Assembly (NCBI GenBank): GCA_015063985.1
Contig: SVTC01000002.1
Location: forward strand, 67,475-131,474
Reading direction: 5' to 3'
Origin: Oscillospiraceae bacterium
Lineage (GTDB): Bacteria; Bacillota; Clostridia; Oscillospirales; SIG627
Length of the DNA stretch: 64,000 nt
Part shown: piece after piece, positions 20,601 through 32,144 of the stretch
Layout of the letters: every line of letters begins with the position of its first letter
How positions within the stretch are numbered: the first letter of the stretch is position 1
Program-made: the position numbers and the translations under genes
Notes under the pieces: model-generated
What the model was told of the DNA's origin: nothing
What the model saw: the letters and a program-made list of their open reading frames with translations, nothing else
Database searches by the model: none

Positions 20601-21153
20601 TCAGCAGCACGGTCACATTGAAAGCGTAGGCTACGATCTTTTTATGCAGCTTCTTGATTCGGCAGTAAAAGAGGAAAAGGGAGAAAAGCTTTCCGAAAAG
20701 AAGGATTGCTTTATAGACGTTGCCGCAGATGCTTATATTCCCTCAAGCTATCTTGACAGCTCGAAAATGAGAATAGACGTATATAAGGAGATATCCTGCG
20801 CCGATACTCCCGAGGAGCTTGAAAAAACAAAGGAAAGCCTTCTGGACCGCTTCGGTACTCTTCCTAAGGCAGTGGAAAACCTTTTCCTTATAGCTCTCTT
20901 AAAGCAGAAGGCACAAAAGCTTGATATAACAAAGATCAGCCAACAGGATAAAAAGCTTATTTTCTTCACCGAAAATCCCCGCTTAAAGGAGCTGGGAGCA
21001 GTAAACGACGTATACGGTGCGCGCTTTACACTGCTCTTCACCGGAAAGACCCGTTTCACGTTAGAGCTGACAAGTAACGACGTTATCGGTCAAGCCCTGG
21101 AAATACTTCATCATTATGCATCTTTCAGCGAAAAACTTGATGAAAAAGCATAG
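17665..21153 (+). CDS. mfd: Transcription-repair coupling factor
   Basis: UvrB-homology module, CarD-like VVHANHGIG, GDVGFGKTE, VVDEEQRFG, QIRGRVGR, TRCF C-terminus. Start set at ATG 17665. Confidence 0.96.
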   Translation: MDHISLQIRMQNEYNAVVKAMKEGSEPISLTGICDCARHIFLSCIAQDTGRLMTVITPDEKSSEELYKSLSGIEGVYRFPSRDFSFLSVDASSREFSNARLEVLCAIFTGKAKMVISSIESACQSTATRAELKDNVKSFSLYDDYPIEELNEYLVQHGYSHSEKVEGVGQFCLRGGILDFFPPVEKEPLRLEFFGDTIDRISSFDLISQRSTSQREGFILCPADEFYADPKKLEKVRSALKESLRSSPDRESTKKALEDVEIGRISSYDCFNNILGFGECLLDHCTEGIFAINDGDLCAERHKIAMELLKETVKSLTEQERLPIDGALSLPMVEMDLFLDIMKSSPCALFESFAGKNLIPPKGIFRFESRVAPDHGADLKVLCDIIKGYLGEERRIFYAAANSIARDNLKSFLDNSSIPCSVFEAGSDMEGSLHGMVHIYTQSQNIYTYSQGFELPKTKTVFLCDTKSAKASPKKQYAVKKSARETIVSYADLEKGDYVVHANHGIGIYDGIEKIEKDGALRDFIKIKYAGSDVLYVPCSNLENVSKYIGAGSDSPGLKLNKMGTDTWTKTKSRAKSAVKDIAKDLIKLYAARNSRKGHAFSTDSPWQKEFEDAFEYDPTADQIRSSDEIKMDMEKSIPMDRLLCGDVGFGKTEIALRAVFKCIMDGMQAAILVPTTILAWQHYQTVLSRFRSYPVKVGLLNRFCTPKEVKKTLSDLKNGALDIVVGTHRLLQKDVEFYSLGLLVVDEEQRFGVAHKEKIKEQAQTVDVLTLTATPIPRTLNMALGGIRDMSVLEEAPGDRFPVQTYVTEYDRELLLEAIRKELRRSGQVFWLHNNTEELYSRAAFIKEAFPDANVAVAHGKMDKNALNNIWKDMMDQKVDVLVCTTIIETGVDVANANTLIVEDADHFGLSQLHQIRGRVGRSDRKAYAFFCYRKGKELSEISRKRLNAIKEYTKFGSGFKLALRDLELRGAGNLLGSQQHGHIESVGYDLFMQLLDSAVKEEKGEKLSEKKDCFIDVAADAYIPSSYLDSSKMRIDVYKEISCADTPEELEKTKESLLDRFGTLPKAVENLFLIALLKQKAQKLDITKISQQDKKLIFFTENPRLKELGAVNDVYGARFTLLFTGKTRFTLELTSNDVIGQALEILHHYASFSEKLDEKA

Positions 21154-21233
21154 ACTTTTTTATTATTTTATGATATAATAATAGGTAGACTGATACAATA
21201 GGTCTTACGGTAAAAAACAAAAAGGAAAATGCA

Positions 21234-22250
21234 ATGAAAAAAATAATTTGTGCGCTTTTTATTTTATCCACACTGCTTTCTCTGGTGTCCTGCTCGGCAG
21301 GCGGAGCGGTCGTTATAAGCTATAAAGATCAAAGACTTACCGAAAGAGATTTTATCTATGAGCTTGCCATGGAAAAATCATCCATTCTCTCTGAAAACGA
21401 TCTGAGTCAGGACGATGCTTCCCTTTGGGCGGCAAAGGACTCCGAAGGTAAGACTATGGACAAGATCTATATGGAAAACTTAAAAAAGACACTTGTATTA
21501 AGACTCTACTTTGCTCAGTATGCCATAGACAAGGGTTACGGTCTTACCGACAACGATCTTTCCTTAGTCAAGGACAGCATGAATAAATACGCGCAAAATT
21601 TTTCAAGTCTTGAAGAATTTAACGGCTATATGTCAAATTTCGACTCCGATTACGACAGTATCCACGAGCTTATGAAGACCCAATATCTTTCTCAAAAGGG
21701 TCAGTATCTGCTCTTCGGTTCCGGTGGAGAAAAGGAAATAACCGAGGAAAATGCAAGAGAATTCTTTGTAAAGAACTACGCCACCTCGGAGCATATCTTT
21801 ATAAACAACGTTTCAAAGGTCTATCCCAATCAAAAGGTCGTACCCTTAAACGATGAGGAAAAGGCTGAAAAGAACGCCTATATCGAAGATCTTAAATCAA
21901 AGATAACGGCAGAGAATTTCAAGGAATATCTTTCAGTCAGCGAGGAAAAAACCTCTGAATATACCATTTGCCAAGGAATGACCGACAACAGGGAATATGA
22001 AGAAAAGCTTTTTCAATCATCCGTGGGAGAGATCAGCTATCTTCAGACAGAGCAGGGCTTCTACTTCATTTTACGCAAGGAGCTCAACGCCGATTATATA
22101 ACCGATGACGAAACCAAGGCTATTATGTCGCTTCTTACAGAAAAAGCTATGGATGAGATCTACCTCACTGTAGTATCATCGGCTGAATTTAACGATGAAA
22201 TACTTAATAAATTCAGCTTTTCTTCAGCGAAATACTTTACATCTTATTGA
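21234..22250 (+). CDS. Lipoprotein, PrsA/SurA-like foldase family (degenerate parvulin-like)
   Basis: Lipobox LVSC; HIFI...GEIS..QTEQGFYFILR parvulin-like pattern; located after mfd as prsA-like genes often are. Confidence 0.6.
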   Translation: MKKIICALFILSTLLSLVSCSAGGAVVISYKDQRLTERDFIYELAMEKSSILSENDLSQDDASLWAAKDSEGKTMDKIYMENLKKTLVLRLYFAQYAIDKGYGLTDNDLSLVKDSMNKYAQNFSSLEEFNGYMSNFDSDYDSIHELMKTQYLSQKGQYLLFGSGGEKEITEENAREFFVKNYATSEHIFINNVSKVYPNQKVVPLNDEEKAEKNAYIEDLKSKITAENFKEYLSVSEEKTSEYTICQGMTDNREYEEKLFQSSVGEISYLQTEQGFYFILRKELNADYITDDETKAIMSLLTEKAMDEIYLTVVSSAEFNDEILNKFSFSSAKYFTSY

Positions 22251-22264
22251 TACGGGAGAAATAA

Positions 22265-23824
22265 ATGAATTCATTTGAGGAGCTTTGGGCTCTAATACTT
22301 AACACATTAGAGGAGAAGAAGACCTTTTCCGATTCAAGCTTTAATCTCTGGCTTAGAGATATGGAGCTTATAGAAATGACCGAGGATACCGTATACATAA
22401 AGGTTGAAACGGATTTCAAAATGAACTTTATAAAATCAAGATATATGGATTTTATAAGCAGTGTTCTTTGTGATATCTTAGGTTTTTCCTCTAAAATAGT
22501 TCTCATCAGTGAGGAAAGCGCGGATCCCGACGTTAGAGCAGTCTTCGAGGACTACGAAAAAACAAAAATACAAAAGGACTGTCTTTTCCTTTACGTTCCG
22601 AAGGAGCTTAGAGAAACCGAGCCTCAGATCACCAGGGAAGAGCCGAAAAAGGCTCTTGACAAGGAATACGAAAAGGATGATTTTGTTCCCGAAAATGCAA
22701 GAAAGCCTACCCAATGGATAAAGGAAGATCCCAAGCTTGACAGAAAGGAACAAGGCTCGGATATTGAAGAGATACCTACCCCCGGAGTAGGTACCTACTT
22801 AGGCTACAGCGAAAAATATACCTTTGAAAACTTTATAGTAGGTAATACTAACCGTTTTGCCTACAATGCCTGCAAGGCAGTAGCCGACGATCCCAGCAAC
22901 CTCTATAACCCTCTCTTCATTCACGGTCCCTCGGGCCTGGGAAAAACTCACCTTCTTTACGCTATAACAAATCAGCTTATAATCTCCAATCCCGACAGCC
23001 ACGTTCTTTACGTTAAGGGCGAGGATTTCACCAATCAGCTTGTGGACTTCATAACACAAAAGGAGCCCATGCACTTTTTCAGAGATAAATACAGAAACGT
23101 CGACGTACTTTTGGTGGACGATATTCAATTTATCGCAGGTAAGACAGCCACACAGGAGGAATTCTTTCATACCTTTAACGCTCTCCATCAGGAGAATAAG
23201 CAGATAATCGTCACCTCCGACCGCCCTCCAAGAGATATGACAACCCTGGAGGAAAGATTAAAGAGCCGTTTTGAGTGGGGTCTTATAGTGGATATGCAGC
23301 CTCCGGACGTTGAATTAAGGACCGCTATCTTAAAGAAAAAATGCGATGAGGTCAATCTTCCAAACGTACCCATTCAGATCCTTGAGTATATGGCGGAGCA
23401 CATCAAGGATAATGTCCGTCAGCTGGAGGGAGCGATCAAAAAGCTCAGTGCATATTCCTTTATAGATCAGCTGCCCATTGATATGGCATTGGCAAGACGT
23501 TGTATTAAGGACGTTTCATCCTCCGACAGCGAGGGAGGAAGCCAGGATACAATCAACAGGATCTTTAACGCAGTATGCAAAAAGACCTCGGTATCCATTG
23601 AGGATATCAAGAGTAAAAAGAGAATAAGAGAAATAGTAAAGGCCCGTCATCTTGCTATATTCCTTCTCTCAAAAACAGTTGAGCTGCCGTCAACGGCTAT
23701 AGCAAAGATATTTGACCAGGATCATACAAGTATACTCTATGCCATCAACACTCTTGAAAAAAAAGCCGAGACCGATCCGGTATTTATGGATGAGGTAAAG
23801 GAGATCGAGGATAAGGTAAGGTGA
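22265..23824 (+). CDS. dnaA: Chromosomal replication initiator DnaA
   Basis: YTFENFIVG, NPLFIHGPSGLGKTHLL, LLVDDIQF, RLKSRFEWGL, domain IV DHTSILYA. Confidence 0.97.
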   Translation: MNSFEELWALILNTLEEKKTFSDSSFNLWLRDMELIEMTEDTVYIKVETDFKMNFIKSRYMDFISSVLCDILGFSSKIVLISEESADPDVRAVFEDYEKTKIQKDCLFLYVPKELRETEPQITREEPKKALDKEYEKDDFVPENARKPTQWIKEDPKLDRKEQGSDIEEIPTPGVGTYLGYSEKYTFENFIVGNTNRFAYNACKAVADDPSNLYNPLFIHGPSGLGKTHLLYAITNQLIISNPDSHVLYVKGEDFTNQLVDFITQKEPMHFFRDKYRNVDVLLVDDIQFIAGKTATQEEFFHTFNALHQENKQIIVTSDRPPRDMTTLEERLKSRFEWGLIVDMQPPDVELRTAILKKKCDEVNLPNVPIQILEYMAEHIKDNVRQLEGAIKKLSAYSFIDQLPIDMALARRCIKDVSSSDSEGGSQDTINRIFNAVCKKTSVSIEDIKSKKRIREIVKARHLAIFLLSKTVELPSTAIAKIFDQDHTSILYAINTLEKKAETDPVFMDEVKEIEDKVR

Positions 23825-24100
23825 ATAATCTGTGGAAAAGAAGCTTAAAAGCTGTTGAAAATAAAATTTTTTCTATTTAAAGTTTTCCACTTTTCCCCGT
23901 GAAAAATATGTGAAAACAAAAAACGACTGAAAACGACTGATTTTTTCACTTTTATTTCAAGGCTTTTCCTTTAAGTATATTCTTAGAGTATCAACGGAAA
24001 TTTCGGGTTTTCCACTTTTTCCGGCCCTCTACTGCTACTACTTCTGTTATTTAATAATAATTATTCAATAATAATAAATAATAACAATAAAGGCAAAATT
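23825..24100. other. Replication origin oriC (dnaA-dnaN intergenic)
   Basis: About 7 DnaA-box-like 9-mers (e.g. TGTGGAAAA 23831, TTTTCCACT 23883 and 24008), GGCCC, trinucleotide run CTACTGCTACTACTTCTG, then an AT-rich tract. By eye the + strand changes from C-rich to G-rich around here. Confidence 0.85.
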
Positions 24101-24146
24101 TGATTTTTTTAAAAAAATACTCACACCCCGTAAAACAAAGGAGATT

Positions 24147-25328
24147 GTGAAAATGTATATTCGAGTTAACAGTAAAATTCTTACGGAAGCGGTTCTTCCC
24201 GCTCTTTGCGCAGTAACACCCAGAGCGCTCCTGGCAAGTGCATCGGGCTTAAGGCTTGAGGCAAACAAGGAGGAAAGTAGTCTTACCATTACAGGCTACG
24301 ATATCCAAAAGGGCTTGACCACCACTATTTCCTGCGAGGTAATAAACGAAGGAAGTATGCTCCTTGACGGATACAGACTTGCGACTATTTGCAGAAACAT
24401 TCCGGAGGGAGAGATAACTCTTTCCAGCGATGAAAAATATCTTACCACCATATCCAGCCAAAAATGTAAGTTTGAGATATCCGGCTCATCCAGCCAGAAC
24501 TATCCCACACTCCCCATACTTTCCGGAGAGAGATATTTTTCCATCAGCCAAAAGGTATTGAAAAAGATGCTCAATCAGGTAATGTTCAGCTACTCCGTAA
24601 CAGACAGCAAGCCTGTTTTGACCGGTATTTATTTTGACGTGGATCAGGATATGTTCCAGATCTGTACCTGCGACGGCTACAGAATAAGCCTTACAAAGAA
24701 AAAGATCGACAACGAGCCCAATTACGATGAAAAGGGTAAAGCTAAGGAAAAGGATTTTATCTGCAATTTCTCCGATCACTTCCTTGTTCCCGGAAAGAAC
24801 GTAGTGGAGCTTTCAAAGCTTCTTGAGGACAGTGATGCTCCTATCAGAATAGAGCTTGCAAGAAAGCACGTTATATTCTGCTTTGATGACAAGACCTTCT
24901 TTTCCAGACTTTTGGACGGAGACTACATAAATTACGAAAGCTCCTTGCCCGACGATTACAAAACCAAGATCATAGTGGATCTTGCTCAGATCAGCTCTGC
25001 AATTGAAAGAGTAGGTCTTCTTAACGATGAAAAGACAAAGTCGGCTCTGCACTTCTGTGTCAGAGAGGATCACATAATTTTAAGATGCCAGACCTCTCAG
25101 GGAAGGACAGAAGAGCTTGTCGACTGTGTTATAGAGGGAGATCAGAATACTCTCGGCTTTAATCACCGTTATCTTGTGGATGCCTTCCGTGCCGCTCTTT
25201 TAAGCGGTGAGGAAAAGGTAGAGGTAAGGCTTAACAGTCACCTTAACGGGCTTATGATAGAGTCCGTGGGAGATAACAGAGCCGAAAAGAGATTCTTCTA
25301 TCTTGTTTTACCGGTGAAGCTTAACTGA
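24147..25328 (+). CDS. dnaN: DNA polymerase III beta clamp
   Basis: Position after oriC; KPVLTGI, TCDGYRI, SRLLDGDY, GFNHRYL, LVLPV. Start is GTG 24147 or ATG 24153. Confidence 0.93.
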   Translation: MKMYIRVNSKILTEAVLPALCAVTPRALLASASGLRLEANKEESSLTITGYDIQKGLTTTISCEVINEGSMLLDGYRLATICRNIPEGEITLSSDEKYLTTISSQKCKFEISGSSSQNYPTLPILSGERYFSISQKVLKKMLNQVMFSYSVTDSKPVLTGIYFDVDQDMFQICTCDGYRISLTKKKIDNEPNYDEKGKAKEKDFICNFSDHFLVPGKNVVELSKLLEDSDAPIRIELARKHVIFCFDDKTFFSRLLDGDYINYESSLPDDYKTKIIVDLAQISSAIERVGLLNDEKTKSALHFCVREDHIILRCQTSQGRTEELVDCVIEGDQNTLGFNHRYLVDAFRAALLSGEEKVEVRLNSHLNGLMIESVGDNRAEKRFFYLVLPVKLN

Positions 25329-25330
25329 AA

Positions 25331-26421
25331 ATGAAAATAGATTCCATTACACTGGAAAACTTCAGAAACGTTGAAAAGGCTTCAATAGAGTTTACCGACG
25401 GTGTAAATCTGCTTTACGGTAAAAACGCCCAGGGAAAGACAAATGCCTTGGAGGCCATATATTATCTTGCGGGGCTTAAAAGCTTTCGTTGTCCGAAATA
25501 CAGAGAAATGATCTCCTACGATGCTCCCGAGGCAAAGATAGAGGGAGTTATTTCTCAAAACGGCAGGCAAGTGGTATTAAGTGCCCTTTTACCAAAGAAC
25601 GGAAAAAGAAACGTATTGAAAAACGGCGTAAAGCTGCAAAAGCTCAGCGAATATATGGGGATATTTCGAGCAGTGCTCTTTTGCCCGGAGCATCTTGAGC
25701 TTATAAAGGGCGGTCCTGCCGAAAGGCGAAGCTTTATAGATGGAGCAATATGCCAGCTCAAGCCCGCCTATGCCTCTTTATTAAACGAGTTCAACAGAAT
25801 ATATGGTCAAAGGCAGGCGCTTTTCAGATCGATGAAGGATAAAAGCATTAGTGAAGAGCTTTTGGAGATCTGGGATGAAAGCTATGCGAGCCTGAGTATA
25901 AAAATATCAAAAACAAGAAAGACCTACGTTGAAAATATATCGGGTCTTGCTTCGGAGTTTTACAGAGGAATAACAAAGGATCATGAAGAGCTTTCCTTAA
26001 GCTACAAATGCGACGTAGATCCTTTTTCGGAAAAGGCAAAGGAAGAATTTCTTAAGCTTTTAAAGCAAAACAGAGAGCTTGAGAAAAGAAATCTGTTCTG
26101 CCCGAAGGGAGCTCACAAGGATGATCTTATTTGTAAGATAAATTCCAAAAACTCCCGATTTTATGCATCTCAGGGTCAGCAAAGATCCTGCGTATTAAGT
26201 CTGAAGCTTGCCGAGGGAGAATACAGCAAGAAGCTCAGCGGTCAGTCGCCGGTATTTTTACTGGATGACGTTTTAAGCGAGCTGGACAGTGAAAGACGGG
26301 AGTATATTCTTTCAAACGTTCAATCCGGACAGGTAATAATAACGTCCTGCGATCCCGACGGCTTTGAATCAGTGGAAAATATAAGAAAAATTCTTGTTAA
26401 AAAAGGAAGCTATATTATCTG

Positions 26422-26422
<1 letters not shown>
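25331..26422 (+). CDS. recF: DNA replication/repair protein RecF
   Basis: GKNAQGKTNALEAI, ASQGQQR, LLDDVLSELD. Confidence 0.95.
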
Positions 26423-28691
<2,269 letters not shown>

Positions 28692-28711
28692 TCAAATTTA
28701 ATGCAGTAAAG

Positions 28712-28770
28712 TTTTCCCCACCTGTGAAAAAACCTTGTGGAAAAGATTACTGTAAACCATCTTTTCCAAG
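28712..28770. promoter_or_regulatory. DnaA-box-like cluster between gyrB and gyrA
   Basis: TTTTCCCCA, TGTGAAAAA, TGTGGAAAA, TTTTCCAAG. Confidence 0.55.
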
Positions 28771-28845
28771 AAAGCTTGATTTCAAGCCATATTCTGAAAT
28801 CAGATAAAGCAAAATGTAAACGAAAAACCTTTAAAGGAGACTGAA

Positions 28846-31389
28846 ATGGAACTCAATCTTGAGGGTCAGAATATACAAAATATTGAAATTGAAAAAGAGA
28901 TAAAGCGTTCCTACATAGACTATGCAATGAGTGTAATTGTGGGAAGAGCTCTGCCTGACGTAAGGGACGGAATGAAGCCCGTTCACAGACGTGTTCTTTA
29001 CAGTATGTACAAGGACAATCTTACTCACGACAAGCCCTTCAGAAAATCGGCCACCACAGTAGGAAACGTTTTGGGTCACTACCATCCTCACGGAGATGCC
29101 GCGGTATACGATACCTTGGTCAGAATGGCCCAGCCCTTCTCCTTAAGATATCCACTTGTTGACGGTCACGGTAACTTCGGTAACGTGGACGGAGACGGAG
29201 CTGCTGCATACCGTTACACCGAGGCAAGAATGTCAAGAATAGCCTCGGAGCTTATGAGTGATATTGAAAAGAACGTTGTTGACTTTGTTCCGAACTTCGA
29301 CAACAAGCTGACCGAGCCCACAGTTCTCCCCAGTCGTTTTCCGAATCTTCTTGTTAACGGCTCTGTAGGTATTGCCGTCGGTATGGCTACAAATATCCCC
29401 GCTCACAATATGAGCGAGGTCATCGACGGTACCGTTTACCTTATCGATCATCCCGATTGCGATATTCCCGCCCTTATGGAATTTATCAAGGGACCCGATT
29501 TTCCCACCGGTGCGGTTATTTACGGCACCTCCGGTATTTATCAGACCTATATGACAGGTCACGGAAAAATACTTGTCCGTGCAAAGTATCACATTGAAAC
29601 ACATAATAACCGCAGCTCCATAGTCTATACCGAGATCCCTTATCAGGTCAACAAGTCTTCTCTTGTAAAAAGCATAGTTGATCTTGTTAAGGAAAAGCGT
29701 GTCGAGGGTATAGCAGACCTCAGAGACGAAAGTGATATGGACAAGGGTATGCGTATCGTCGTGGACGTAAAGCGAGATGCAAATCCCGAAATAGTTGTTA
29801 ATCAGCTCTTCAAGCACACCCAGCTTCAAGACACCTGCGCGGCAAATATGCTTGCATTGGTTGATAACGAGCCCAAGGTACTCAATCTTAAGCAGATCCT
29901 TTGGCACTACGTTCGCCATCAGGAGGACGTGGTAACGAGAAAATTTAAATACGAGCTGGAAAAGGCTCTGGCAAGACTCCATATTCTCGAGGGCTACAAG
30001 ATAGCTATCGACAATATCGAGGAGGTCATTCGTATTATCCGTGCCAACAAGACCGTTCCCGAGGCAAAGGCTGCCTTGATAGAGCGCTTTGAGCTCTCCG
30101 ATGCTCAGGGTCAGGCAATAGTGGAAATGCCCTTGGGTAAGCTTGCCGGTCTTGAGGTAAACAAAATTCTTGAGGAAATGGCTGAAAAGCAGGCTTTGGT
30201 TGAAAAGATCAGAGATATCCTTTCCGATGAAAAGAAGGTCCTGGGAGTTGTGAAGGAGGATCTTCTGGAAATTAAGGCACGCTACGGTGACGAAAGAAAG
30301 ACTGCGATCGAGCAGGCAGTGGACGATATCCTTATTGAAGACCTTATTGAAAAGCACAAGTGCGTTGTTACCGTTTCAAAATCCGGTTACATCAAGCGTA
30401 TTCCCGCCGATCAGTATCAGGCTCAGAACAGAGGCGGCAAGGGTATAAACGCCATGACCACCAAGGAAGAGGATTTTGTAAGCAATATTATCGTTGCTCA
30501 CAGTCACAGCTGGCTCTTTATGTTTACAAACCTCGGCAGGCTCTATGCAAAAAAGTGCTATGAGCTTCCCGAGGCAGGAAGAACGGCAAAGGGTACGAAT
30601 ATTGTCAATATTCTTCCTCTTAAGCCCGATGAGAAGATCACTGCCTTTATTTCAGTAAGCAAGGTGGATACGGACGAGCTTCTCACTATGATAACTCGCT
30701 CCGGCTACATTAAGCGCACTCCCTTGAAGGTGTTCAAGCATTTGAGAAGAAACGGTATCAATGCTATTACCCTTACCGAGGGCGATGAGCTTATGTTTGT
30801 TGAAAAGACAGACTCCGACAAGGATATCTTTGTTGCTACAAATGACGGAAGATGCATTCGCTTTGATGAAAAAGAAGTCAGTGTTATGGGAAGAAATGCC
30901 CGCGGTGTAAGAGCTATCCGTCTTAGCGGTTCTCAGGTCGTTGCAGGCGCTCTCAGCCTTGACAAGGATTCCGATAAGCTTATTCTTACCGTTACTCAAA
31001 ACGGATTCGGAAAGCGCTCCGATCCTGCCGCTTATACCTCACATCACCGCGGAGGAAGCGGTATGACCTGCCACAAGCTTTCGGAAAAGACAGGTCTCTT
31101 GTCAGGCATCGCCGCAGTTGATGACAGTGACGATATTATGATGATCACCGACAGCGGTATGCTTATCAGGATCCCGGTTAACCAGATCTCCGTTATCGGA
31201 AGAGCTGCATCCGGTGTTATCATTATGAGGACCTCCGATAATGCCGTTATATCCGGATTCCAGGTTATCCAAAAGGATGACAACGTTGAAGAGACTGTTA
31301 TAGACGAGGAAGTTGAGGAGATTTCTTTTGCTGACTCCGACTCCGATTCGGATACAGATCTTGACTCTGATACCTTGCCTGAGGCTTAA
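28846..31389 (+). CDS. gyrA: DNA gyrase subunit A
   Basis: ALPDVRDGMKPVHRR, HPHGD, YRYTEAR catalytic Tyr, GyrA-box QNRGGKG, acidic tail. Confidence 0.97.
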   Translation: MELNLEGQNIQNIEIEKEIKRSYIDYAMSVIVGRALPDVRDGMKPVHRRVLYSMYKDNLTHDKPFRKSATTVGNVLGHYHPHGDAAVYDTLVRMAQPFSLRYPLVDGHGNFGNVDGDGAAAYRYTEARMSRIASELMSDIEKNVVDFVPNFDNKLTEPTVLPSRFPNLLVNGSVGIAVGMATNIPAHNMSEVIDGTVYLIDHPDCDIPALMEFIKGPDFPTGAVIYGTSGIYQTYMTGHGKILVRAKYHIETHNNRSSIVYTEIPYQVNKSSLVKSIVDLVKEKRVEGIADLRDESDMDKGMRIVVDVKRDANPEIVVNQLFKHTQLQDTCAANMLALVDNEPKVLNLKQILWHYVRHQEDVVTRKFKYELEKALARLHILEGYKIAIDNIEEVIRIIRANKTVPEAKAALIERFELSDAQGQAIVEMPLGKLAGLEVNKILEEMAEKQALVEKIRDILSDEKKVLGVVKEDLLEIKARYGDERKTAIEQAVDDILIEDLIEKHKCVVTVSKSGYIKRIPADQYQAQNRGGKGINAMTTKEEDFVSNIIVAHSHSWLFMFTNLGRLYAKKCYELPEAGRTAKGTNIVNILPLKPDEKITAFISVSKVDTDELLTMITRSGYIKRTPLKVFKHLRRNGINAITLTEGDELMFVEKTDSDKDIFVATNDGRCIRFDEKEVSVMGRNARGVRAIRLSGSQVVAGALSLDKDSDKLILTVTQNGFGKRSDPAAYTSHHRGGSGMTCHKLSEKTGLLSGIAAVDDSDDIMMITDSGMLIRIPVNQISVIGRAASGVIIMRTSDNAVISGFQVIQKDDNVEETVIDEEVEEISFADSDSDSDTDLDSDTLPEA

Positions 31390-31401
31390 AGTTTTTAAGG
31401 A

Positions 31402-31520
31402 GGCACACCTTTTTGAAAAAAGGTGTGCCAAAAACTTTTAATTTCGATTAAGTATTTATTAACAAAAACCACGATGGTTGTTTTGTAATAAATAAACCTT
31501 ATTTTTCGGGAAAACACTTT
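31402..31520 (+). repeat. Diverged single unit of the AT-rich hairpin repeat
   Basis: GGCACACC-T5-G-A6-GGTGTGCC-AAAAACTTTTAATTTCGAT...ACCACGATG, 12 bp after the gyrA stop. Confidence 0.75.
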
Positions 31521-31586
31521 TTATTCTTATCCTGCTTGTAGTCCGATAAAAATAGGTCTGAACCTAAGATAATAAAGGAAAAAGCA

Positions 31587-32144
31587 ATGAAGAAAGTTAA
31601 AGTTGTTCTTTTTAAAGCTTATAAAAGAATAGACAGAGATCTTTCGAGAAGGTTATTTTTAAAGGCTGTTGAGCTTTGCTTTTCTGAAGAGGAAAGACCT
31701 AAGAAGAGAGCTTGCCGAGAGGACGGAAAGCCTGTTTTTATTGATAGGAGCGAGGTTAAGTTTTCTGTAAGTCACAGTGAAAACTGGTACCTTGCAGCCT
31801 TTTGCATTGACAGTGAGGTAGGAATTGACGTTGAAGTATTGCGGCAGGTAAACGTAAAGCAGGAGAGGATAGCCAAAAGATTTTTCGATCCCTCCGAGCA
31901 GGAGATACTGAAAAGAGAGCCTGCGGATTTTTTAAAGATCTGGACAAAAAAGGAAGCAACGGTAAAGCTTAACGGAAAAGGTATCGGCGGCTTGAAAAGC
32001 ACCGATGAGGACTCAAAAAAGCTTTATTTTACGGATATAAGCGAAAGGCTTGGAGAGCTTTGTAATGAAAATATAGCAGGCACGCTTTGTTGCGAAGAGG
32101 AGTTTTACTGCGATATTATTCGCGGGGAGGATTTTAATGGCTAA
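31587..32144 (+). CDS. 4'-phosphopantetheinyl transferase (Sfp-like)
   Basis: GKP, FSVSHS, VGIDVE, WTKKEATVK. Confidence 0.88.
   Translation: MKKVKVVLFKAYKRIDRDLSRRLFLKAVELCFSEEERPKKRACREDGKPVFIDRSEVKFSVSHSENWYLAAFCIDSEVGIDVEVLRQVNVKQERIAKRFFDPSEQEILKREPADFLKIWTKKEATVKLNGKGIGGLKSTDEDSKKLYFTDISERLGELCNENIAGTLCCEEEFYCDIIRGEDFNG

Noticed and set aside
29233-30357. 374-aa antisense ORF in gyrA (likewise 33353-34396, 54364-55176, 60444-61343, 12750-13487, 47163-48008)
   Set aside because: Shadow ORFs opposite well-supported genes, with no recognisable motifs.
31330-31372. GACTCC-like short tandem repeat
   Set aside because: It encodes the ordinary acidic (DS)n tail of GyrA.
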